Below are positions 39,705 to 50,062 of a stretch of 64,000 nucleotides of DNA, piece by piece. The translations under genes were made by a program, and so were the position numbers. A model generated the notes under the pieces. It had not been told where the DNA came from. It was given only the letters and a program-made list of their open reading frames with translations, and searched no databases. Source of the stretch: Longimicrobiales bacterium (GTDB lineage: Bacteria > Gemmatimonadota > Gemmatimonadetes > Longimicrobiales > Gaopeijiaceae); NCBI GenBank assembly GCA_965219445.1, contig CBDCNQ010000002.1, forward strand, positions 608,001 to 672,000. The letters run 5' to 3'. The number at the start of each line of letters is the position of its first letter. The first letter of the stretch is position 1.

Positions 39705-41444
39705 GTGATGACTCGGGACCTCCTCGTATTCTCAGCCCTACTGGTGAACCTCCTGGCGGCAGGCCCCGCGTTCGCACAGACAGAGCGCTCGGGATGGGAG
39801 CCGATCACGAACGAGCGGCTGGCCCATCCGGAAGACGGTGACTGGCTGAACTACCGGCGGACTCACAACGTCCAGGCATTCAGCCCGCTCGACGAGATCA
39901 ACAGGACCAATGTGGAGCAACTCCGGCCGGTCTGGAGTTACTCCTTCAGGGACAACGCCAGATGGTCGCCTACGCCGATGGTCGCTAACGGCATCATGTA
40001 CGTCTCGGAAGGCAGCGGCACGATCACGGCGATGGACGCGGTTAGAGGGGACGTCCTGTGGGTACACCAACGCAGCTTTCCCGACGACATTCGGATCTCC
40101 ATGGCCTATCCACGCAGTCGGGGAGTCGCCGTATTCGAGGACAAGGTCTACTGGGGGACGGCCGACTCGTACCTGGTGGTGCTGGACGCCTTAACCGGTG
40201 AGCAGCTCTGGGAGGTGCAGACGGACGACTATCACCTGGGGGCGGGTCACGCCCATCCGCCGGTGATTGCGGACGGCAAGGTGCTCTTGGGCACCACCGG
40301 GAATGCGCTAGGAATCTCCGGTGCTCGGGGAAAGATCGACGCGTACGATGCGGAAAGTGGCGAAAGGCTGTGGAGGACCTACACCGTGCCGGCACGGGGG
40401 GATCCAGCATACGAAACGTGGAGCGCCGACGAGACGGGGGTGCCACCGCTCGGGGGGTCTGCCTGGCACACGTTCAGCTATGACGCCGAGCTCGGGCTGA
40501 TCTACGCCGGCACGGGTCAGCCGACGCCTAGGAATCGGGTGCTACGGGGTCCCGGTGATGCGCTCTACACCGCCTCCATCCTCGCGCTGGACTTCGACAC
40601 AGGCGAGATTCGTTGGTACTTCCAAGTCCTGCCGGGGGAATCTTGGGACTACGACCAGTCACACGAGAGCATGCTGATCGATTTGGTCATCGACGGTCAG
40701 CCTCGAAAGGCGCTTGTTCACACCAGCAAGATCGGCTGGGGGCAGGTGCTTGACCGGGAAACGGGTGAATTCCTTTTCGCGTTCAGGACGGGCTACGATA
40801 ACGTCGTGACCGGATGGACGGACGAGGGGCGTCCCATCTACAACATCGAAACCCTGCCTAGGCAAGAACACCTGGACTCGGGAGAGACCATCACGGCATG
40901 TCCACACCTCCACGGAACCCGGGACCTCAATTCTCCCAGCTATAGTCCGTTGACGGGCCTGTACTACACAGGCATCAACTACTCCTGCCAAGTCTTGACG
41001 TACTTCGCCCAGGAATTCATCGAGGCTGGGAGATACCAGGGGATGTCGGGCCGTCCGACGTTGGCGCCCGGCTACGACTACGTCGGAGAGTTCGTCGCCT
41101 TCGATCCGGCGACGGGGGAGCGGGCATGGGTGTATCGGCCGGAGAGCGGCGCTCCTATGTCCGCCTCCGCGCTCGCTACGGCCGGAGGGATCGTCTTCGG
41201 TGGGACCTCCGATCGCTGGTTCTTCGCGCTCCACACCGAGACTGGTGAGCTCCTATGGGAGATGCGCCTGAATGGTGATATCTCAGGATCCCCGGTTACC
41301 TTTACCGTTGATGGAAAGCAGTATGTCGCCGTGGGTGCCGGCGGTCGTATCGCACAGACGACGACGTTGGGTCGCCTGGTGGATATCGATATTCCCTCGG
41401 GAAGTGGCGTGATGTGGGTGTTCGCGCTTCCCGAACGCGACTGA
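39705..41444 (+). CDS. PQQ-binding beta-propeller dehydrogenase (alcohol dehydrogenase-like)
   Basis: DWLNYRR...FSPLDEIN..NV..L, TPMV..GIMY, W-docking repeats, WDYD, LATAGGIVF, GKQYVAV. Confidence 0.88.
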   Translation: MMTRDLLVFSALLVNLLAAGPAFAQTERSGWEPITNERLAHPEDGDWLNYRRTHNVQAFSPLDEINRTNVEQLRPVWSYSFRDNARWSPTPMVANGIMYVSEGSGTITAMDAVRGDVLWVHQRSFPDDIRISMAYPRSRGVAVFEDKVYWGTADSYLVVLDALTGEQLWEVQTDDYHLGAGHAHPPVIADGKVLLGTTGNALGISGARGKIDAYDAESGERLWRTYTVPARGDPAYETWSADETGVPPLGGSAWHTFSYDAELGLIYAGTGQPTPRNRVLRGPGDALYTASILALDFDTGEIRWYFQVLPGESWDYDQSHESMLIDLVIDGQPRKALVHTSKIGWGQVLDRETGEFLFAFRTGYDNVVTGWTDEGRPIYNIETLPRQEHLDSGETITACPHLHGTRDLNSPSYSPLTGLYYTGINYSCQVLTYFAQEFIEAGRYQGMSGRPTLAPGYDYVGEFVAFDPATGERAWVYRPESGAPMSASALATAGGIVFGGTSDRWFFALHTETGELLWEMRLNGDISGSPVTFTVDGKQYVAVGAGGRIAQTTTLGRLVDIDIPSGSGVMWVFALPERD

Positions 41445-41486
41445 GGGACAGCACTCGGCGTTGCGAAGCGGGTGACTCCAACACGA

Positions 41487-41516
41487 GGGCTCCTCCAAAC
41501 GAATCTGGAGGGGCTC
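41487..41516. terminator. Hairpin downstream of PQQ dehydrogenase
   Basis: GGGCTCCTCCA ... TGGAGGGGCTC; no clear U-tract. Confidence 0.3.
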
Positions 41517-41560
41517 GGGCCCCCAGTCGGAAAACCGGCGCGGACTAGCGAAGGATCGCG

Positions 41561-43795
41561 GTGAATCCATCGTCCGGCGGACCGACTGCTGGCGGCCGTC
41601 CTTCTCTCTTTTGGTTGGTCCTCACACTTTCCGTGCTCGGAGCTGATGCCGGATCCGCCCAGGAAAACTGGGAGCTCTATCAGATCGGAGCCGTAAGGGT
41701 GGACCGAGGCCCCGAGATCGACGGGGTGTTGGACGACTCCGTCTGGGAGACGGCCCCGGTCATCGACGAGTTCGTCCAGCAGGATCCGGACGAAGGGGCG
41801 CCAGCAACCGAGAAGACCGAAGTTCGTGTGCTCTACGACGGAAGCAATCTCTATTTCGGGGTGCGAGTCTTCGAGTCGTCCTCGGCAGTCATCGCCACCG
41901 AGATGAGGCGGGACGCGGACCGGATCCTCGAGGAGGACAACTTCCAGCTCATCCTCGATACCTTCGGGGACTCCCGGTCCGCGTACATGTTCGTGGTGAC
42001 CCCCCTAGGGGCCCAGCTCGACCAGCAGGTGTTCGATGACGGAGGGCGCGGAGTGCGCGGCGCGACCGCTTCCGCGATCAATCGCAACTGGGACGGCGTA
42101 TGGTCCGTTTCCGTGCGCCGGACGCCGCAAGGTTGGGTGGCGGAGATCGCGATCCCGATGGTCACGCTCAGGTTCCCCGAGGCGGATCCACAGGCGTGGG
42201 GGATCAACTTCATGCGGAACATCCGGCGCAAGAACGAACAGGTGTTTTGGGCGCCCGTCCCACGGGCGTTTGCCCTGACGAGGGTCAGTCTCGCCGGAAG
42301 CCTGACCAACCTCGAGTCTCTGGACAGAGGAAAAGATCTTCGTATCAAGCCGTACGTTACGGGGGGAGGTCATCGCCAGCTCGAGGGCGGGATCACGGAC
42401 AACTCCACGGAGGCCGAGGTTGGACTCGACGTCAAGTACGGTGTGACCGCAAGCCTGAATCTCGACGTCACGGTCAACACGGACTTCGCCCAGGCCGAGG
42501 TGGACGAAGAGCAGGTGAACCTGACCCGGTTCCCCCTCTTCTTCCCCGAAAAGAGGGAGTTCTTCCTGGAGAACGCCGGGCATTTCGCCGTCGGGTCGAC
42601 GAACTCAACCGGGCGGATCGCGGACCTCTTCTTCAGCCGGCGGATCGGACTCACCGACAGTGGGGAGAGCGTCCCCATCCTGGGTGGTGCGCGGCTCACT
42701 GGAAAGGTGGGTCGAAACAACATTGCGGTCATGGACCTCCAGACGGACCGTGCGTTCGGTGAGCCGGGAGAGAACTTTCTCGTTACGCGCTATCGCAGGG
42801 ACATCTTCGAACGATCCCAGGTCGGCGGAGTCTTCATCAACAGGGAGGCCGCAAACGGGGGGCACTTCAACCGGACCTATGCCGCCGACATGACCCTGGT
42901 GCTCTCACCGTTCCTCACGATCGACGGGTTCCTAGCGGCCACCTCGAGCCCGGGTATCTCCGATGGGGAGTCCGGCGGTCACATCCGGGCTGGCTGGCTC
43001 GACCGGAGGTGGCGGATCTATGGCGAGCACACGGACCTGGGGGATAACTTCAACCCAGAGGTCGGGTTCGTGCCGCGGGTGGGAATCCGTAGGAGCAAGT
43101 TCTTCGTGGCGCGGACTCCGAGGCCCGAAAGATGGGGGATCCGGCTGCTAGAGCTTGTGTGGAACCTGGAGTACCTCACCGACCAGACCGGTCGACTCGA
43201 GAGTCGCCGTTTTTGGCACAGATTAGGAACTACGTTCGATAACGGCACCCACCTGAACATCAACTACAACCGCAACTTCGAGCGGCTCGACGAGCCCTTC
43301 CCAGTTGGAGGGGGCGTGGTCGTCGACCCGGGCGACTACTCGTTCTGGGACCTGACGATCACGTTCACCAGCAACCCCGCCCGAAGGTTCTTTTACAGGC
43401 TACGGTACAAACCGCAAACGTTCTACGACGGGGATCGGACAGACATGTCCGCCAACGCCGGCCTCCGGGTCACCAGCCAACTCGCCACCTCGGCCAGCTT
43501 CTCGCGGAATGACCTTGACCTGCCGTCCGGTAGCTTCAAGGCGGACATCGCGTCCTTCCAGCTCGATTACGCGCTTTCACCGGCGCTGTCCCTGCGGAGC
43601 ATCGCGCAGTACAACTCGACCTCCGAGCAGTGGAGCGCGAGTGCCCGGTTCCGCTACATTTACCGACCTGGGAGCGACATCTACATCGTCTACGACGAGG
43701 TACGCCGCGACACGACCATCCCCGTGTCACCCTTCGTGGAGGAATTCCACAACAGGCAGCTCATCGTGAAGATGACCTACCTGTTGTCGATGTGA
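41561..43795 (+). CDS. CBM9-like / DUF5916 outer-membrane protein
   Basis: PEIDGVLDDSVW, GWVAEIAIP..LRF, WGINFMR, TVNTDFAQAEVD, NLTRFPLFFPEKREFFLE, LFFSRRIG. Confidence 0.88.
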   Translation: MNPSSGGPTAGGRPSLFWLVLTLSVLGADAGSAQENWELYQIGAVRVDRGPEIDGVLDDSVWETAPVIDEFVQQDPDEGAPATEKTEVRVLYDGSNLYFGVRVFESSSAVIATEMRRDADRILEEDNFQLILDTFGDSRSAYMFVVTPLGAQLDQQVFDDGGRGVRGATASAINRNWDGVWSVSVRRTPQGWVAEIAIPMVTLRFPEADPQAWGINFMRNIRRKNEQVFWAPVPRAFALTRVSLAGSLTNLESLDRGKDLRIKPYVTGGGHRQLEGGITDNSTEAEVGLDVKYGVTASLNLDVTVNTDFAQAEVDEEQVNLTRFPLFFPEKREFFLENAGHFAVGSTNSTGRIADLFFSRRIGLTDSGESVPILGGARLTGKVGRNNIAVMDLQTDRAFGEPGENFLVTRYRRDIFERSQVGGVFINREAANGGHFNRTYAADMTLVLSPFLTIDGFLAATSSPGISDGESGGHIRAGWLDRRWRIYGEHTDLGDNFNPEVGFVPRVGIRRSKFFVARTPRPERWGIRLLELVWNLEYLTDQTGRLESRRFWHRLGTTFDNGTHLNINYNRNFERLDEPFPVGGGVVVDPGDYSFWDLTITFTSNPARRFFYRLRYKPQTFYDGDRTDMSANAGLRVTSQLATSASFSRNDLDLPSGSFKADIASFQLDYALSPALSLRSIAQYNSTSEQWSASARFRYIYRPGSDIYIVYDEVRRDTTIPVSPFVEEFHNRQLIVKMTYLLSM

Positions 43796-43852
43796 GATCG
43801 GTGTTCCGTATCGCCCCACAGAGCACTACATGATTGTGGGTGCGCCAGTCCC

Positions 43853-45169
43853 TTATCCGCCGCCGCCGTCCTCCATGAGGAGGCTCGCCCTCTCGGCGAC
43901 CCGCTCGTCGAAGTCCTCCTGATCCAGAGCGACGATCTGCAGATGTATGTGCGCCATCTCGTCGCCGGTACGCCGGCCATGGACCACCCACTGGTCCGGA
44001 TCGGGATTATACGGGTGGCCGGCGGTATTGTCGTAGTATGAGGTCAGAACAAGGACCGTGCCCTTAGGTAGCAACGGCTGCACGTGGTCGTCGTAGATGT
44101 ATGTGAGACTCCAGCTGTGCAGCCAATTGTACTTGGTCAGGATCTCCTTGCGACCGTCCGGATAGATCGCCTCCAGAGACTGTCCGGTGCCCCGAAGATG
44201 CTGATGCCCCCGTATGCTGAAAACCCAAGACGGCTCTTGCAGAACGTGATAAGCCTGCGTAATCCCTGTCGAGTGGGGCGGAATCAGCATCGTCTGCTGG
44301 CCTTCTCTATCAATCTCCTTATACGAGCTGAAAGTCCTTGTCGCGCGACGGAGCTTATACTTCGGCTCAAAATCCATCGGGTAGAACCACAGGGCGACTT
44401 CGGCGTAAGCGTCTTCGACTCCTTCGCCCCTCGGGAAGTAATGGAGGTTGAAAGATATCGTCTGTTCCGGCTCGACCAGAAGCCCGGTGTCTTCGGGGTA
44501 GAGGTCGAAGGGCGTACCCGGCCCACCAAACCTCGAAATGCTGGTGTTGCCATGGTGCGTGACGTGACGGCTGTGGAGGCTGGGCCTGCTCTCGGTGGCC
44601 ATGATCCAGCGCGGCTCATCGAGCCCCTCTAACACTATCTCGGGCTCGAACCACTGATCCAACCCGCTGGCTTCCACGTCGAACCCAGGCGAGCGGTACA
44701 CCAAATCTGGCGGGCGCCCGAGTTCGTCCTCCAGTAGCCATGAGACTCCATCCGGCCACATCCGTGGCGGCGGCAGGTCCGCCGGATCCCCCTCAGGCGC
44801 CCCGGCATCCGCCCAGGCCCCGATGATTGCGATCTCCTCGTCGGTCAGCGAGAGGTCGTTCTGGTATTCCTGAATCCCAATCGTCCGGTCGACATGCCAC
44901 GGCGGCATTGTGCGCGTCTCCGTCTGGTACTTCATCATCGGCGCCCACGGACGCGCTTCATCATACGAGAGCAGCGACATAGCACCGATGCCGTCCGGTC
45001 GATGACACGCCTGACAGTTCTGTTGGAGAATCGGCATCACGTCGCGACTGAATGTGACGTCCGACACTTGGGCCGACACCTGACCAGGGATCAGTAGCAC
45101 CCCCATCAGCGCAAGCACTGTGCCGATGTAGGTGATCATTTGCCCAGTACCTTGGCTCTTCTTCTCCAT
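43853..45169 (-). CDS. Cytochrome c-fused PHM-like copper monooxygenase, copy A
   Basis: Signal peptide, CQACH...TMPPW, VTHHG, LHY, RGHQHLRG, DEM; start MEKKSQ after a GGAGG RBS. Confidence 0.8.
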   Translation of the reverse strand: MEKKSQGTGQMITYIGTVLALMGVLLIPGQVSAQVSDVTFSRDVMPILQQNCQACHRPDGIGAMSLLSYDEARPWAPMMKYQTETRTMPPWHVDRTIGIQEYQNDLSLTDEEIAIIGAWADAGAPEGDPADLPPPRMWPDGVSWLLEDELGRPPDLVYRSPGFDVEASGLDQWFEPEIVLEGLDEPRWIMATESRPSLHSRHVTHHGNTSISRFGGPGTPFDLYPEDTGLLVEPEQTISFNLHYFPRGEGVEDAYAEVALWFYPMDFEPKYKLRRATRTFSSYKEIDREGQQTMLIPPHSTGITQAYHVLQEPSWVFSIRGHQHLRGTGQSLEAIYPDGRKEILTKYNWLHSWSLTYIYDDHVQPLLPKGTVLVLTSYYDNTAGHPYNPDPDQWVVHGRRTGDEMAHIHLQIVALDQEDFDERVAERASLLMEDGGGG

Positions 45170-45230
45170 CCTAATGCCTCCATGGCTTTCGCCGGTTGTG
45201 TGCTGGTGCACCAGTGCGGGGCCAGTTCCC

Positions 45231-46547
45231 TTATCCGCCGCCGCCGTCCTCCATGAGGAGGCTCGCCCTCTCGGCGACCCGCTCGTCGAAGTCCTCCTGA
45301 TCCAGGGCGACGATCTGCAGATGTATGTGCGCCATCTCGTCGCCGGTACGCCGGCCATGGACCACCCACTGGTCCGGATCGGGATTATACGGGTGGCCGG
45401 CGGTATTGTCGTAGTATGAGGTCAGAACAAGGACCGTGCCCTTAGGTAGCAACGGCTGCACGTGGTCGTCGTAGATGTATGTGAGACTCCAGCTGTGCAG
45501 CCAATTGTACTTGGTCAGGATCTCCTTGCGACCATCCGGATAGATCGCCTCCAGAGACTGTCCGGTGCCCCGAAGATGCTGATGCCCCCGTATGCTGAAA
45601 ACCCAAGACGGCTCTTGCAGAACGTGATAAGCCTGCGTAATCCCTGTCGAGTGGGGCGGAATCAGCATCGTCTGCCGGCCTTCCCTAGCAGTCTCCTTAT
45701 ATGAGCTGAAAACCCTTGTCGCGGTACGGAGCTTATACTTCGGCTCAAAATCCATCGGGTAGAACCACAGGCCGACTTCGGCGTAAGCGTCTTCGACTCC
45801 TTCGCCCCTCGGGAAGTAATGGAGGTTGAAAGATATCGTCTGTTCCGGCTCGACCAGAAGCCCGGTGTCTTCGGGGTAGAGGTCGAAGGGCGTACCCGGC
45901 CCACCAAACTTCGAAATGCTGGAGTTGCCATGGTGCGTGACGTGACGGCTGTGGAGGCTGGGCCTGCTCTCGGTGGCCATGATCCAGCGCGGCTCATCGA
46001 GCCCCTCTAACACTACGTCGGGCTCGAACCACTGATCCAAACCGCTGGCTTCCACGTCGAACCCAGGTGAGCGGTACACCAAATCTGGCGGGCGCCCGAG
46101 TTCGTCCTCCAGTAGCCATGAGACTCCATCCGGCCACATCCGTGGCGGCGGCAGGTCCGCCGGATCCCCCTCAGGCGCCCCGGCATCCGCCCAGGCCCCG
46201 ATGATTGCGATCTCCTCGTCGGTCAGCGAGAGGTCGTTCTGGTATTCCTGAATCCCAATCGTCCGGTCGACATGCCACGGCGGCATTGTGCGCGTCTCCG
46301 TCTGGTACTTCATCATCGGCGCCCACGGACGCGCTTCATCATACGAGAGCAGCGACATAGCACCGATGCCGTCCGGTCGATGACACGCCTGACAGTTCTG
46401 TTGGAGAATCGGCATCACGTCGCGACTGAATGTGACGTCCGACACTTGGGCCGACACCTGACCAGGGATCAGTAGCACCCCCATCAGCGCAAGCACTGTG
46501 CCGATGTAGGTGATCATTTGCCCAGTACCTTGGCTCTTCTTCTCCAT
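45231..46547 (-). CDS. Cytochrome c-fused PHM-like copper monooxygenase, copy B
   Basis: Same motifs as copy A, with a few substitutions. Confidence 0.8.
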   Translation of the reverse strand: MEKKSQGTGQMITYIGTVLALMGVLLIPGQVSAQVSDVTFSRDVMPILQQNCQACHRPDGIGAMSLLSYDEARPWAPMMKYQTETRTMPPWHVDRTIGIQEYQNDLSLTDEEIAIIGAWADAGAPEGDPADLPPPRMWPDGVSWLLEDELGRPPDLVYRSPGFDVEASGLDQWFEPDVVLEGLDEPRWIMATESRPSLHSRHVTHHGNSSISKFGGPGTPFDLYPEDTGLLVEPEQTISFNLHYFPRGEGVEDAYAEVGLWFYPMDFEPKYKLRTATRVFSSYKETAREGRQTMLIPPHSTGITQAYHVLQEPSWVFSIRGHQHLRGTGQSLEAIYPDGRKEILTKYNWLHSWSLTYIYDDHVQPLLPKGTVLVLTSYYDNTAGHPYNPDPDQWVVHGRRTGDEMAHIHLQIVALDQEDFDERVAERASLLMEDGGGG

Positions 46548-46629
46548 CCTAATGCCTCCGTGGCTTTCGCCGGTTGTGGCGGATGCTTCTGCTACTTCAT
46601 GGCCGCTCTTCACTAGGTCCCCCCCTCGC

Positions 46630-47580
46630 CTATGGCGTGACGGTGACCCGTATGTAGGCAGTGGTCCAACAGCAATGTTGGTTCACCGCACCAAAGCTTT
46701 CTACCGCCCAGATGCGCAGTACGTAATCACCGGGCTCGCTGAACGTCGCCGTCGTCGAAACTTCGCCAGCCCCTCCCTCGAGAATGGTTTCCGCCTCGCT
46801 GAAATTCACCTGACCAGGCCCTTGATGATGATACCACCGCAGGATGCTGCTGGTTCGAGCCTGCATTTGCTCCCCGGCAAATGAGCCAACCACCATCGTT
46901 GCCGAAGCAGGTTGCGGGTCCACCCACACGCTCAACGGTAACACATCGCCCGCCGCTACCGTTAGCGGACCATACGTGACGCCGGAGCGGCCCCGGCCCG
47001 CCGGGCCCTCTGGGCCGCCGAATCTGAGCTCCGCGGCAACGGGTGAGATTGTGTAGGCCTCCATATTGTCCATGCGGTAGGCTTCATAGAGTGCACGCCC
47101 CGGCACGGAGTACGTCCGACCGTCCTGGATCAGGGTCCAGCGGACATCGCCCCTGTAATCTCCGGGCACGTCTACTGTGAAGGCACTCAGGTATCTGCGG
47201 TTACAACACTGAGACGCTGGCACGAAATGCGTCGGCTGATTGCCGTCGAACTCGCTCGGCTCGATGAAATTGTTTGGCCCGAGCGGGATATCCACCGCCT
47301 CCAGCGAGTTCAGGTTGAAGTAGGAGAAGCTGAGCCTGGTCATGTCGCTCATGTCATCGAAATTCGGGATCCAACCCTCGAAAATCGGAATTACAGGCTG
47401 GCCACTTTCCCTCACAGGCGCGGTGAGCAATGGAAAATCAAGGTCCTGTCGGAGGCCCCCTCGGCTCTGATAAAGGCCAAGCTCTGCTTCTGGCTCTGGT
47501 ACTTGCGCCGCCAAGCCTACCCAGCCGCCCATCACCCAAACACTTGCAACCCCCAGGGCAACGTAGTGCGTCCATCTCAT
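46630..47580 (-). CDS. Secreted hypothetical protein with two vicinal CC motifs and Ig/PKD-like C-terminus, copy 1
   Basis: Signal peptide, GQPVIPIFEGW, YFNLN, IPLGPNNFIEP, QPTHF, SQCCN, ATFSEPGDYVLR, HCCWT. Confidence 0.8.
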   Translation of the reverse strand: MRWTHYVALGVASVWVMGGWVGLAAQVPEPEAELGLYQSRGGLRQDLDFPLLTAPVRESGQPVIPIFEGWIPNFDDMSDMTRLSFSYFNLNSLEAVDIPLGPNNFIEPSEFDGNQPTHFVPASQCCNRRYLSAFTVDVPGDYRGDVRWTLIQDGRTYSVPGRALYEAYRMDNMEAYTISPVAAELRFGGPEGPAGRGRSGVTYGPLTVAAGDVLPLSVWVDPQPASATMVVGSFAGEQMQARTSSILRWYHHQGPGQVNFSEAETILEGGAGEVSTTATFSEPGDYVLRIWAVESFGAVNQHCCWTTAYIRVTVTP

Positions 47581-47712
47581 CGCGTACTCCTCCCTCCTCC
47601 GTCGTCTACGACGGCTATGCACCAACAACTGGCGTTCAACAAACTCGTCAGAATGTAGGCGCTTTACGCGTTCCGCGACAGAGCACTACATGATTGTGGG
47701 TGCGCCAGTCCC

Positions 47713-49029
47713 TTATCCGCCGCCGCCGTCCTCCATGAGGAGGCTCGCCCTCTCGGCGACCCGCTCGTCGAAGTCCTCCTGATCCAGAGCGACGATCTGC
47801 AGATGTATGTGCGCCATCTCGTCGCCGGTACGCCGGCCATGGACCACCCACTGGTCCGGATCGGGATTATACGGGTGGCCGGCGGTATTGTCGTAGTATG
47901 AGGTCAGAACAAGGACCGTGCCCTTAGGTAGCAACGGCTGCACGTGGTCGTCGTAGATGTATGTGAGACTCCAGCTGTGCAGCCAATTGTACTTGGTCAG
48001 GATCTCCTTGCGACCATCCGGATAGATCGCCTCCAGAGACTGTCCGGTGCCCCGAAGATGCTGATGCCCCCGTATGCTGAAAACCCAAGACGGCTCTTGC
48101 AGAACGTGATAAGCCTGCGTAATCCCTGTCGAGTGGGGCGGAATCAGCATCGTCTGCTGGCCTTCCCTAGCAGTCTCCTTATATGAGCTGAAAGTCCTTG
48201 TCGCGCCACGGAGCTTATACTTCGGCTCAAAATCCATCGGGTAGAACCACAGGCCGACTTCGGCGTAAGCGTCTTCGACTCCTTCGCCCCTCGGGAAGTA
48301 ATGGAGGTTGAAAGATATCGTCTGTTCCGGCTCGACCAGAAGCCCGGTGTCTTCGGGGTAGAGGTCGAAGGGCGTACCCGGCCCACCAAACCTCGAAATG
48401 CTGGTGTTGCCATGGTGCGTGACGTGACGGCTGTGGAGGCTGGGCCTGCTCTCGGTGGCCATGATCCAGCGCGGCTCATCGAGCCCCTCTAACACTATCT
48501 CGGGCTCGAACCACTGATCCAACCCGCTGGGTTCCACGTCGAACCCAGGCGAGCGGTACACCAAATCTGGCGGGCGCCCGAGTTCGTCCTCCAGTAGCCA
48601 TGAGACTCCATCCGGCCACATCCGTGGCGGCGGCAGGTCCGCCGGATCCCCCTCAGGCGCCCCGGCATCCGCCCAGGCCCCGATGATTGCGATCTCCTCG
48701 TCGGTCAGCGAGAGGTCGTTCTGGTATTCCTGAATCCCAATCGTCCGGTCGACATGCCACGGCGGCATTGTGCGCGTCTCCGTCTGGTACTTCATCATCG
48801 GCGCCCACGGACGCGCTTCATCATACGAGAGCAGCGACATAGCACCGATGCCGTCCGGTCGATGACACGCCTGACAGTTCTGTTGGAGAATCGGCATCAC
48901 GTCGCGACTGAATGTGACGTCCGACACTTGGGCCGACACCTGACCAGGGATCAGTAGCACCCCCATCAGCGCAAGCACTGTGCCGATGTAGGTGATCATT
49001 TGCCCAGTACCTTGGCTCTTCTTCTCCAT
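47713..49029 (-). CDS. Cytochrome c-fused PHM-like copper monooxygenase, copy C
   Basis: Same motifs as copy A; a mosaic of A and B variants. Confidence 0.8.
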   Translation of the reverse strand: MEKKSQGTGQMITYIGTVLALMGVLLIPGQVSAQVSDVTFSRDVMPILQQNCQACHRPDGIGAMSLLSYDEARPWAPMMKYQTETRTMPPWHVDRTIGIQEYQNDLSLTDEEIAIIGAWADAGAPEGDPADLPPPRMWPDGVSWLLEDELGRPPDLVYRSPGFDVEPSGLDQWFEPEIVLEGLDEPRWIMATESRPSLHSRHVTHHGNTSISRFGGPGTPFDLYPEDTGLLVEPEQTISFNLHYFPRGEGVEDAYAEVGLWFYPMDFEPKYKLRGATRTFSSYKETAREGQQTMLIPPHSTGITQAYHVLQEPSWVFSIRGHQHLRGTGQSLEAIYPDGRKEILTKYNWLHSWSLTYIYDDHVQPLLPKGTVLVLTSYYDNTAGHPYNPDPDQWVVHGRRTGDEMAHIHLQIVALDQEDFDERVAERASLLMEDGGGG

Positions 49030-49111
49030 CCTAATGCCTCCGTGGCTTTCGCCGGTTGTGGCGGATGCTTCTGCTACTTCATGGCCGCTCTTCACTAGGT
49101 CCCCCCCTCGC

Positions 49112-50062
49112 CTATGGCGTGACGGTGACCCGTATGTAGGCAGTGGTCCAACAGCAATGTTGGTTCACCGCACCAAAGCTTTCTACCGCCCAGATGCGCA
49201 GTACGTAATCACCGGGCTCGCTGAACGTCGCCGTCGTCGAAACTTCGCCAGCCCCTCCCTCGAGAATGGTTTCCGCCTCGCTGAAATTCACCTGACCAGG
49301 CCCTTGATGATGATACCACCGCAGGATGCTGCTGGTTCGAGCCTGCATTTGCTCCCCGGCAAATGAGCCAACCACCATCGTTGCCGAAGCAGGTTGCGGG
49401 TCCACCCACACGCTCAACGGTAACACATCGCCCGCCGCTACCGTTAGCGGACCATACGTGACGCCGGAGCGGCCCCGGCCCGCCGGGCCCTCTGGGCCGC
49501 CGAATCTGAGCTCCGCGGCAACGGGTGAGATTGTGTAGGCCTCCATATTGTCCATGCGGTAGGCTTCATAGAGTGCACGCCCCGGCACGGAGTACGTCCG
49601 ACCGTCCTGGATCAGGGTCCAGCGGACATCGCCCCTGTAATCTCCGGGCACGTCTACTGTGAAGGCACTCAGGTATCTGCGGTTACAACACTGAGACGCT
49701 GGCACGAAATGCGTCGGCTGATTGCCGTCGAACTCGCTCGGCTCGATGAAATTGTTTGGCCCGAGCGGGATATCCACCGCCTCCAGCGAGTTCAGGTTGA
49801 AGTAGGAGAAGCTGAGCCTGGTCATGTCGCTCATGTCATCGAAATTCGGGATCCAACCCTCGAAAATCGGAATTACAGGCTGGCCACTTTCCCTCACAGG
49901 CGCGGTGAGCAATGGAAAATCAAGGTCCTGTCGGAGGCCCCCTCGGCTCTGATAAAGGCCAAGCTCTGCTTCTGGCTCTGGTACTTGCGCCGCCAAGCCT
50001 ACCCAGCCGCCCATCACCCAAACACTTGCAACCCCCAGGGCAACGTAGTGCGTCCATCTCAT
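49112..50062 (-). CDS. Secreted hypothetical CC-motif protein, copy 2
   Basis: Translation identical to 46630-47580. Confidence 0.8.
   Translation of the reverse strand: MRWTHYVALGVASVWVMGGWVGLAAQVPEPEAELGLYQSRGGLRQDLDFPLLTAPVRESGQPVIPIFEGWIPNFDDMSDMTRLSFSYFNLNSLEAVDIPLGPNNFIEPSEFDGNQPTHFVPASQCCNRRYLSAFTVDVPGDYRGDVRWTLIQDGRTYSVPGRALYEAYRMDNMEAYTISPVAAELRFGGPEGPAGRGRSGVTYGPLTVAAGDVLPLSVWVDPQPASATMVVGSFAGEQMQARTSSILRWYHHQGPGQVNFSEAETILEGGAGEVSTTATFSEPGDYVLRIWAVESFGAVNQHCCWTTAYIRVTVTP

Noticed and set aside
44290..48540. Diversity-generating retroelement behind the monooxygenase variation (codons CGC/ACC/GGC and ACT/GTT fit an AAY template)
   Set aside because: No reverse transcriptase or template repeat is in the window, the changes are spread over several hundred bp and include synonymous C/T changes, and the fold is not a typical DGR target. 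A template elsewhere cannot be excluded.
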